Source: Nitrosotalea sp. (lineage in GTDB: Archaea; Thermoproteota; Nitrososphaeria; Nitrososphaerales; Nitrosopumilaceae). From it: a stretch of DNA of 64,000 nt. The DNA is taken from the NCBI GenBank assembly GCA_029850515.1, contig JARCRW010000017.1:8591-72590 (forward strand). The letters run 5' to 3'. The translations under genes and the position numbers were made by a program. The notes under the pieces were generated by a model. That model was not told the DNA's origin. It made no database searches and saw nothing but the letters and a program-made list of their open reading frames with translations. Of this stretch, positions 9,973 through 17,413 are shown in pieces (within the stretch, counting starts at the first letter, position 1; each line of letters begins with the position of its first letter).

Positions 9973-10719
9973 CTATTCTTCGCCAAAACGTTTGTAGTTT
10001 TCCACAAGATCCTTGAGGTGAATTTTCTCTCCGCCTACAATCTTCAAATCCACTTTGATCTTGCCTTTCTCAATAGTAATAATATTGTATGTGTTATCAA
10101 AGAGTCCCCTCACTCTTTCAGAAGATACAGTTCCAGCATTTGCTATAGATAAATTTCCAAAGTTCCAAAACCATGGCCTGTGCTTGTGGCCACATATTAC
10201 AAGGTCTATCTTGCTTGCAAGTGCAGTGCGCAGAGCATCTCCAGAATCTATTACAGTTACCCTGTCATTTCCAGTATCAGGAACACCAATCAGATGATGA
10301 TGCATTGCAAGTATCTTGGTCTTGTTTTCATATTTTTTCATAGTTCTCTCCAGCCACAGGTTTTGTCTATATCCTATCTCGCCCTCGTCTCGGTCAGGTC
10401 TTGCAGTACCAAGTGTTACAAGTATTGTATCATCATCTAGTTCATTTACAGAATCAAAAGGAAAGAACTTTTTGAAGAGAAGATACCCCGTGTTTCTATA
10501 ATCGTGATTTCCACTCATTGCAATTATCTTTTCAGCGTCAAACTGAGAGAACTTGGCCTTGCATTTTTCATATTCCTTGAGTAGCCCCTCATTTGTGAGA
10601 TCACCTGTTGCTACAATAACAGACGGTTTGAGTTGATTTATCTCTTCCACCGCGATATCAAAGGTTTCCTCTTTGAATTGAGCTCCAACATGAATATCGG
10701 AAATCTGTACTATTTTCAT
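9973..10719 (-). CDS. Calcineurin-like metallophosphoesterase (Icc/CpdA family)
   Basis: SDIH, TGDLT, SGNHD, MHHH, GHKH motifs. Confidence 0.93.
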   Translation of the reverse strand: MKIVQISDIHVGAQFKEETFDIAVEEINQLKPSVIVATGDLTNEGLLKEYEKCKAKFSQFDAEKIIAMSGNHDYRNTGYLLFKKFFPFDSVNELDDDTILVTLGTARPDRDEGEIGYRQNLWLERTMKKYENKTKILAMHHHLIGVPDTGNDRVTVIDSGDALRTALASKIDLVICGHKHRPWFWNFGNLSIANAGTVSSERVRGLFDNTYNIITIEKGKIKVDLKIVGGEKIHLKDLVENYKRFGEE

Positions 10720-10829
10720 CAACAAGATCTCCTATCAACGAGGGGTTTAAGCTTTAGCATTATGCAATAAATTTTGTAAGTAATTTTCTAGTTAGAATTA
10801 AATATGTAGGTACTACAATCTCGCCTGAT

Positions 10830-11858
10830 TTGGGAAAAAAGGCTGCAATAATCAGAGGCGATGGCATTGGCCCAGAGATTGTTGATTCAATGTTAAAGGT
10901 ATTGAAGGCATGTAACACTCAAACCGAATTGGTCTTATGTGAAGCAGGATCTGAACAATGGGAAAAATATGGTGGAGAGACATACATTCCAGACGCAACA
11001 ATGAAGATTCTGGAAAACTCGGATGCAGGTTTCAAGGGGCCTACGACTACAATCCCCAAGCCAAACTCTCCAAGAAGTGTTGCAGTAACCCTACGACAAA
11101 AATTTGATCTATATGCAAACATTAGACCAATCAAGACATACAAGAGAATAACTCCAGACAAGACATTAGACTTTGTGTGTTTCAGGGAAGCAACCGAGGG
11201 ACTCTACACTGGAATTGAATTCAAGATATCAGATGATGCGGCAATTGCAATTAGAAAGATCACGCGACAGGGAAGCAGTCGTTTTATCAACTCGGCATTA
11301 GCATGGGCAAAAAAATACCACATGAACAAGTTGGTTGCAATAACAAAGAGGAATATTCTCAAAATTACTGACGGAATATTCTGGGAAGAAGTGGAAAAGG
11401 CAGCCAAGGCAAATCCTGGAATATCCATTGAGGAATTATACATAGACAACATGACCCAACAACTAGTCATAAAACCAGAGCAGTTCAACGGCTCAGTCTT
11501 GATAAGCACCAACCTCTTTATGGATATAATATCAGAATTGGCATCTGGCATAATTGGATCTATTGGATTGGTTTACTCTGCAAACATGGGAGACAGGTTT
11601 GCCATGTTCGAGGCTGCTCATGGAAGTGCACCATCATTTAAGGGACTAAACAAGGTAAATCCAACTGCTGCCATATTATCAGGAGCGTGGATGGTAGAAT
11701 ATCTTGGTGAGACCCACATCAGAGATGCAATATTTTCTGCCACAGATCAGGTAATCAATGAAGGCAAGTATGTTACATTTGATATTGGTGGAAGTGCAAC
11801 CACTACACAAATGACAGATGCGATAATAGAGATTGCAAAACAGAAACTACGAAAATAG
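10830..11858 (+). CDS. Isocitrate/isopropylmalate dehydrogenase family protein
   Basis: GDGIGPE, LRQKFDLYANIRP, REATEGLY, NLFMDIISE, FEAAHGSAP, NPTA. Substrate cannot be resolved from motifs alone. Confidence 0.93.
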   Translation: MGKKAAIIRGDGIGPEIVDSMLKVLKACNTQTELVLCEAGSEQWEKYGGETYIPDATMKILENSDAGFKGPTTTIPKPNSPRSVAVTLRQKFDLYANIRPIKTYKRITPDKTLDFVCFREATEGLYTGIEFKISDDAAIAIRKITRQGSSRFINSALAWAKKYHMNKLVAITKRNILKITDGIFWEEVEKAAKANPGISIEELYIDNMTQQLVIKPEQFNGSVLISTNLFMDIISELASGIIGSIGLVYSANMGDRFAMFEAAHGSAPSFKGLNKVNPTAAILSGAWMVEYLGETHIRDAIFSATDQVINEGKYVTFDIGGSATTTQMTDAIIEIAKQKLRK

Positions 11859-12755
11859 TGTGGCAGCCAACCTAGATTTTGCAAAGAATAGGACAGACAT
11901 TATCGATACAATCAAAATAAGAAATGATGTGGAACCAAACTCTGGAACACTTGCAGTGTTGTCATTAATGGTAAAGTTTGAATGAATGATTGGCAGAGGT
12001 TGATCCCGAACTAGAGGAGAAGATGGTGGCGGGATGGATATTAGATCAAGTGACCTGTCATCGTTTGCATTCATGTCACCGGCTGTGTTGGCAGAATTTG
12101 CATCAAAGAATAGTCGATATTGTCCATTTGGAACATTGCTCCACACAAATGCTACGGGGACACTCTGTTTTGCAGGAACATCCAGTTTGACAAAATTATT
12201 GTAAAAAAGTGAGGATTGGTTTGTTATTTTTAGTGTAAATATTATAGAATGGGCATCAGCGTTTCCGGTGTTTTGGATCTGTTTTGTTATTACAATACCA
12301 TTTGAAGTATAGTTTTGTTTTTCAACTTTGAGAGAATCAGGAACCCAGGAAAGTTCAGCATGTGAAAATCCATTTGACACTACAACCAGTCCAGAGGGCC
12401 ATGTGTCAGTCTTGTCATAATATTGGTATTTTCCAACAGAACCAAAGAACTGGGTAAATGAGTGCCCAGGCAGTATGATTCCACTATCAAAGACACCTTG
12501 TGGACCATAGTTTGATGTTCCAGTAGTAACAGTATGTGTCCTATTATCCTGATTTGTCCAGGTAACTGTATCTCCGACAGAGACATTTACCTGAAATGGG
12601 TTATAGCATGAGAGATTAGGCATGCAATGATTTGCAGTTCCATTTACTATAATCACTTGTGCATCATATGCCTGTGCACTTGGGAACCACATTGAATAAA
12701 AAATTGCAGTTATGGTTACAGCATAAATCAAATGATAAAATCTCAACAATGTCAA
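11847..12755 (-). CDS. Surface protein: cupredoxin-like domain (Cu ligands degenerate) + CARDB-like Ig domain + PEFG-CTERM anchor
   Basis: Signal peptide; GDTVTWTNQD-x2-THTVT, FDSG, G-x-YQYY; NTGNADA...GQY...NANDD; VPEFG plus TM helix and basic residues. Confidence 0.85.
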   Translation of the reverse strand: MTLLRFYHLIYAVTITAIFYSMWFPSAQAYDAQVIIVNGTANHCMPNLSCYNPFQVNVSVGDTVTWTNQDNRTHTVTTGTSNYGPQGVFDSGIILPGHSFTQFFGSVGKYQYYDKTDTWPSGLVVVSNGFSHAELSWVPDSLKVEKQNYTSNGIVITKQIQNTGNADAHSIIFTLKITNQSSLFYNNFVKLDVPAKQSVPVAFVWSNVPNGQYRLFFDANSANTAGDMNANDDRSLDLISIPPPSSPLVRDQPLPIIHSNFTINDNTASVPEFGSTSFLILIVSIMSVLFFAKSRLAATLFS

Positions 12756-12805
12756 TCTCTCCCCTTTACAGATAAACTAGATGTACTTTTTGTAAGAAAA
12801 TCATA

Positions 12806-13342
12806 TTAGGGTTTGTTTCTGGTGCATTCCATTACAATCAATTCTTCATAGAATAATTTCTTTTTTGCAGTGATTTTAACATCAAATCCAAGAGACTCTG
12901 ATAATTGTACCAGAGTGTCATACTTTGCAAGAGAAGAGGTAAGAAATACCATCTTGCCATTTTTTTCAATTCTCCGACTAGCAGATTTTATTATCATACT
13001 TGGGATCTCTATACCATCATGCAGGCCATCTACTGCAGGATCAAGTAATTCATCAGATGGTAGATAGGGTAGGTTACACACAATCAGATCAAAACTAGTA
13101 TGCAGTGCATCAGCTGCATTACAACAGATGCAGTTGTCAATTGTTGCATGTGTCTTGACTAGGGCAGCAATGTTAATGTCAGTTGCAACAACAAGTGCGA
13201 AATTTTTTGATAAAGTATTTGCAAGAATTCCAGAGCCTGTTCCAATGTCAAGTGCAGACTTGCCTGTTTTGTTTTTTAAATAATCGGCAAAGAAGATCGA
13301 GTCCTCTGCTGGCACATAGTAATTACTTGATTCTTTTTGCAA
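12806..13342 (-). CDS. HemK2/PrmC-like N5-glutamine methyltransferase
   Basis: LDIGTGSG, NLPY (NPPY-like), position downstream of rsmA in the conserved archaeal operon. Confidence 0.85.
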   Translation of the reverse strand: MQKESSNYYVPAEDSIFFADYLKNKTGKSALDIGTGSGILANTLSKNFALVVATDINIAALVKTHATIDNCICCNAADALHTSFDLIVCNLPYLPSDELLDPAVDGLHDGIEIPSMIIKSASRRIEKNGKMVFLTSSLAKYDTLVQLSESLGFDVKITAKKKLFYEELIVMECTRNKP

Positions 13343-14024
13343 TTTCTATTATCTCACCATCAGGTATTTCTTCAAGTCTGTTATCTGAATCAATCTCTAT
13401 TCCCATTTTTTTTCCAATGTTACGTATGGTCTTTCTTTTAAATGAAAATAACTTGTTTACGGCATGTACTGTTTGACTTGAGAGTACATGCTTTGGGACA
13501 ATAGATAACACAATCGAGTCAACCTTTGGAGGTGGCCTAAAGTTTGTATTTTTTACATCCATGATGCTTTCAATCTCAAGGCAATAGTTTGCAAGAACAG
13601 ATATGGCCCGTCTCTCTTTACCATCTTTTTTGGCTAGCTTTTGGGCAAACTCCTTTTGAACCATCATAATGGCACGCTTGAATTTTCTTTGAACAAGCCA
13701 TTCGAATGCAGTTCGACTCTCAGAGTAGGGAAGATTTGAGACAAGAATGGTAAATTCTATACTTTTTTTGAAAGCATCACCCTCTTCTAAGACCAGATTT
13801 TGAATATATGATAAAGCATCACTTGCTTGTGAATATAGAATTGGGTCTTTTTCTACAGAGATTACCTGTTTTGCATCTCTGCAGAGAAGTGATGTCAGGA
13901 TACCATGACCTGTCCCTATCTCAAGGACAATGTCATCTTTTGTTATGCCAGCAGAGTCAACTATTGATTTTGCGATTGATTGTGTTATTAGAAAATGCTG
14001 TCCTAGTGATCTGCGTTTGATCAT
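13323..14024 (-). CDS. rsmA: 16S rRNA A1518/A1519 dimethyltransferase KsgA/RsmA
   Basis: LGQHFL, LEIGTGHG, SNLPY, MVQKEFA, FRPPPKVDS. Confidence 0.95.
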   Translation of the reverse strand: MIKRRSLGQHFLITQSIAKSIVDSAGITKDDIVLEIGTGHGILTSLLCRDAKQVISVEKDPILYSQASDALSYIQNLVLEEGDAFKKSIEFTILVSNLPYSESRTAFEWLVQRKFKRAIMMVQKEFAQKLAKKDGKERRAISVLANYCLEIESIMDVKNTNFRPPPKVDSIVLSIVPKHVLSSQTVHAVNKLFSFKRKTIRNIGKKMGIEIDSDNRLEEIPDGEIIEIAKRIK

Positions 14025-14581
14025 TTTCTAACAAAGAGACTCATCCTTGTTTCCCCTGTTATCTCTTCGATGATTCTCTTTGCAATTTGTTTTGCTGGTT
14101 CTTTTAGTCCAACTCTTTCCTGCAAGTCCTTAAAGTCGGTAAATTTTTTCTTTTCCCTTTCCTCTAGCATTGTCTTCATGTAGGTTTTTCCAATTCCAGG
14201 TATCAGCTCAAGTGCATGAATTCTCGGAGTAAGCGGTTGTGCGTTATTAAGATAATCTACAAATCTTTTTTCATTTTGCAAGACAATTTTTTCTATTACT
14301 GCATTTAGTTCGCTCTGTGCAGAAGATGATATTTGTTCATGCTCTAGCCTGCCAAGCACTGAAAGAATTTTTGTTCTGCCTTCTTTTCCAATGTAGACTC
14401 GTTCTCCAATCTCAAAGGTAGAATTTGGCATGGCAAGCAGTTCAAGTATGGTTAATCTTTCCTCTCCGATAGCTGTAACAATTATTCCATCTCGCCCTCG
14501 CACAGTAGTTGACTTGCCTCTTGTGACAAAATCTAATACGTATGCGTATTCCTCATACTTCCTAGTTTGAGAATGTTCCAA
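14021..14581 (-). CDS. DUF655 family putative RNA-binding protein (HhH)
   Basis: EEYAYVLDF, PLTPRIHALELIPGIGK; conserved position between rpo4 and rsmA. Confidence 0.9.
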   Translation of the reverse strand: MEHSQTRKYEEYAYVLDFVTRGKSTTVRGRDGIIVTAIGEERLTILELLAMPNSTFEIGERVYIGKEGRTKILSVLGRLEHEQISSSAQSELNAVIEKIVLQNEKRFVDYLNNAQPLTPRIHALELIPGIGKTYMKTMLEEREKKKFTDFKDLQERVGLKEPAKQIAKRIIEEITGETRMSLFVRK

Positions 14582-14601
14582 GATAAACCGTACTCCTAAA
14601 C

Positions 14602-14928
14602 TTAAGAGTTCTCCTTGATTATTTTTAGCATCTTGTCGAGTGTTTCAGCAAGAATTAGTTTCTTCCAGCCAAAAGTAAATGCTCGCAATTCAGCTTCGGT
14701 ACTTGGGAGATTATTTACAATTTCTACTGCTTCTTCTTCTTGTATACCACATTCTTTTACAAGTTGCTGCTTGAGTTTCTTTGCAGCCTTGGCATCAATT
14801 TTTGAAAACTTTGTAACATAATCATATGTCCATCTTTGAATTTGGTCCATTGATTCGGTATCAACTTTTTCCATAATTTCTTTTACCTCTGGAATAGAAA
14901 TACCTTGTTTCTTCTTTACTTCTTCCAT
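14602..14928 (-). CDS. rpo4: RNA polymerase subunit Rpo4 (RpoF)
   Basis: Y-x3-FSK, EEAVEIVNNLP-x3-ELR pattern; directly after rpl21e. Confidence 0.9.
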   Translation of the reverse strand: MEEVKKKQGISIPEVKEIMEKVDTESMDQIQRWTYDYVTKFSKIDAKAAKKLKQQLVKECGIQEEEAVEIVNNLPSTEAELRAFTFGWKKLILAETLDKMLKIIKENS

Positions 14929-15234
14929 CTATGCAGCAACACCGAATGGTTTGATATGATCTAATCTAGTGATTAAGGTTTTTGGCCTGTTACCAAGTTT
15001 AACAATTAGTTTTACCGTTCTACGACCAGCTTCTGTTACTGTTCCCACTTTTCCATGATATCGTCTATGTGGCAATGCCTTGTGTTGTGAAGGATCTATG
15101 ATTACCAAAACTTTGTCTCCTACGGCATATTCTCTAAGTAGAAAAGAGACTCCTCGGACTTCATCCTTAGTCATGACGGATCGTGATTTATGCATAAAGC
15201 CATGTGAACGACCCTTTGATTTCTTAGTAGCCAT
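14929..15234 (-). CDS. rpl21e: 50S ribosomal protein L21e
   Basis: SHGFMHKSR, GDKVLVIIDPS, LPHRRYHGKVG, HIKP. Confidence 0.97.
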   Translation of the reverse strand: MATKKSKGRSHGFMHKSRSVMTKDEVRGVSFLLREYAVGDKVLVIIDPSQHKALPHRRYHGKVGTVTEAGRRTVKLIVKLGNRPKTLITRLDHIKPFGVAA

Positions 15235-15342
15235 TAATCGCTAAGACTTGAGATGACCATAATTTAACACTTACTGGGTATAAAGGAAAAAATTAGACGG
15301 TGTGGAAGATGATACTTCCATCCGGGAAACATGATGAGATGC

Positions 15343-16341
15343 CTATTCTTCAGGCTCTTCCTTCTTTTTCTTCTTTGTCTCATCTTCTGGGTCTGCAACA
15401 CCACCTTCAGTTAGTGTGTAGAGAACCTCCTGTTCTGGATGGTGAGGACTATCGACCATTCTGGCAATTCTCTTCTTACCTGATTTCTTGAGATAAACAC
15501 GGTATGTTGAGGCATGCGCTACAACGTTTCCTCCAACAGGTCTTGTCGGATCACCAAAGAATTGGTCAGGCGATGACTGGACTTGGTTTGTAGCTATTGC
15601 TGCCACATTATATGTTTCAGCAGTTCTTGAAAGCAGGTGCATGAATTTGTTTAATCTCTGTTGTCTTACAGAAAGAGTGCCTCTGCCAAGGAATTCCGCT
15701 CTGAAAAGTCCTACTGCAGAGTCTACAATAATTAATTTTATTTTGTTTTCTTCAATTACAGGACCTGCTTCTTGTAAGATCAACTCCTGATGAGCACTAT
15801 TGTATGCTCTTGCTACCATAATTCTGTCAAGAACCTTTTCTGGATCAAGACCCTTTGCTTTTGCAATTGAAACAATTCTTTCAGGTCTGAATGTATGTTC
15901 AGTGTCTATATACAGCACCCCACCGTCTAGTCCACCTTCTTCTTTTGGCTTTTGAACAGTTACACATACTGTGTGACAAAGTTGTGTTTTGCCAGCACCA
16001 AATTCACCATAAACCTCCGTTATAGCTTGTGTCTCAATTCCTCCATCAAATAGAGTATCAAGTGCGTTAGTTCCGGTTGTGATCTTTCCAATATCTTGTC
16101 TTCTTTTATAGATCTCAGTTGCTGAGACAAATTCTTTAGCAATTTGACCGTTATCTATTAGCTGTTGTCTTGCTTTGTTTACTAGATTTACAGCAGCATC
16201 AAGATCCATACCAGTGATTTCTGATATGTCTACTGGTCCTCTTACAACAAGATCCAATATGTTATGGATTCCTGCATCGCTTAGCTTCTTGGAAGTTACT
16301 GGGCCTACCCCATCTAGATTTTCTAATCTTAAATCGTCCAT
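15343..16341 (-). CDS. radA: DNA repair and recombination protein RadA
   Basis: N-terminal HhH (LDGVGP), GEFGAGKTQ Walker A, YIDTEHTFRPER, IIVDS, GGNVVAH, ARMVDSP. Confidence 0.97.
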   Translation of the reverse strand: MDDLRLENLDGVGPVTSKKLSDAGIHNILDLVVRGPVDISEITGMDLDAAVNLVNKARQQLIDNGQIAKEFVSATEIYKRRQDIGKITTGTNALDTLFDGGIETQAITEVYGEFGAGKTQLCHTVCVTVQKPKEEGGLDGGVLYIDTEHTFRPERIVSIAKAKGLDPEKVLDRIMVARAYNSAHQELILQEAGPVIEENKIKLIIVDSAVGLFRAEFLGRGTLSVRQQRLNKFMHLLSRTAETYNVAAIATNQVQSSPDQFFGDPTRPVGGNVVAHASTYRVYLKKSGKKRIARMVDSPHHPEQEVLYTLTEGGVADPEDETKKKKKEEPEE

Positions 16342-16343
16342 CT

Positions 16344-16376
16344 TACCGTATGGTACAGTACTAGTACCTTATAAAG
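16344..16376 (-). promoter_or_regulatory. Putative radA promoter (TTTATAAG) with GTAC-rich palindromes between TATA and start
   Basis: Minus-strand TTTATAAG at 16369-16376, about 30 nt upstream of the ATG; perfect palindrome GTACTAGTAC at 16358-16367. Confidence 0.5.
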
Positions 16377-16479
16377 GAATCCTTTGATGGAACTGTTACC
16401 TTATAGGTTGTTTTTTTTACTATTAATTTTAGTTGGTGGGTCAATTGATGTTAGATACTGACAAATTATGAAAAATATG

Positions 16480-16587
16480 TTACTCTTTTCTTTTAAGAAC
16501 AAAGAAACAGATCGTTATTGCTACTGACACAATTCCATAAATAATGTAATTCCCATTACGAGTCCACCAAAGATCCTGTGCATTCAT
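16480..16587 (-). CDS. 35-aa single-pass membrane microprotein (not in ORF track)
   Basis: Hand translation MNAQDLWWTRNGNYIIYGIVSVAITICFFVLKRKE: one TM helix followed by KRK. Confidence 0.5.
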   Translation of the reverse strand: MNAQDLWWTRNGNYIIYGIVSVAITICFFVLKRKE

Positions 16588-16800
16588 AGCGATATAATCT
16601 ACGGCATCATGAAAAATCAAGTTACAATTATTAAATTAGAATCAGATTTAGGATTTACTTGTATTTTGTACTAGTGCAATTCATTTGTTTAGACTTGAAG
16701 GATGTTTCTATTTCCAAGACAAAAAATAGACAATTTTTTTATTTATAATTCCAGTAACATAGTTAATCGAGTCTTTTATACGGCAAAAACCAATTACGAG

Positions 16801-16876
16801 TGGAACCGTGGATGTGTCTTCCTAGTGCACGATCACACCATCACTATGACACAAGTCCCTAATATCCACGGTTTCA
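16801..16876 (+). ncRNA. Candidate structured RNA / long hairpin 1
   Basis: TGGAACCGTGGATGT (16801-16815) pairs with ATATCCACGGTTTCA (16862-16876), 15 bp including 2 G-U; inner helices TGTGTC/GACACA and TAGTG/CACTA; TTTTATA at 16774-16780 upstream. Confidence 0.4.
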
Positions 16877-16993
16877 TTGTGCTTATTTTATAGCAGATAC
16901 AACCATGACGCGGTATTAATTCATCAAGACATATTTGCCAGTTCAAAATGAACGAACACATTCTTTTCAATGTATGCCACATAGTAAATAATG

Positions 16994-17056
16994 CAGATTC
17001 TATACTGGCGGTGGTTCTTTTGGGCTCAACCCCAAAAGAGCAACCGCTAGAATCTG
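16994..17056 (+). ncRNA. Candidate structured RNA / long hairpin 2
   Basis: CAGATTCTA/TAGAATCTG, GCGGT/ACCGC and GTTCTTTTGGG/CCCAAAAGAGC give about 25 bp with one G-U, one mismatch, a 5-nt bulge and a 6-nt loop; followed by T7 at 17061-17067. Confidence 0.45.
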
Positions 17057-17182
17057 ATAATTTTTTTATTTACAAAAGACCAGTTTTGCAGTCATATCGA
17101 TAAACTATCAACAAGGTTCTCAGACAGATTAAACATAGAAAATCAATGATTTTATAGGTAAATACAGATAACTTGCAAAATT

Positions 17183-17362
17183 CTACTTTCTTCTTCGTTG
17201 ACCGGGTTTGTTTTGGCCTGGGACTCTTTTTAGGATGAATCTTTTTCTAAAATTATCCTTGTTTCGTGTAATGGATATTGTTCCATGTCTTTCCCGTGAT
17301 GGAACTTTAGGAGTTTGTCCTCTTACTTTTCCTGCTTTAGTAAGCGATCCGTGAGTTGGCAC
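17183..17362 (-). CDS. rps30e: 30S ribosomal protein S30e (59 aa, below the ORF-track cut-off)
   Basis: Hand translation from GTG: MPTHGSLTKAGKVRGQTPKVPSRERH...RRRK, with the diagnostic HGSLxKAGKVRxQTPKV motif. Confidence 0.96.
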   Translation of the reverse strand: MPTHGSLTKAGKVRGQTPKVPSRERHGTISITRNKDNFRKRFILKRVPGQNKPGQRRRK

Positions 17363-17413
17363 GAATCAACTTTCATTTTAATTCAATTTATGTATTTGGT
17401 TTTAATGAAAAAT

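Noticed and set aside
16801-17060. Box C/D or H/ACA guide RNA identity for the hairpins
   Set aside because: No properly spaced C/D boxes or K-loop, no two-sided pseudouridylation pocket, and the ATA after hairpin 2 is at the wrong distance from the upper stem.
16702-17103. Short ORFs 16702-16893(+), 16948-17103(+) and a 49-codon minus-strand ORF over the hairpins
   Set aside because: No motifs, atypical composition and no initiation signals; the long inverted repeats explain the region better.
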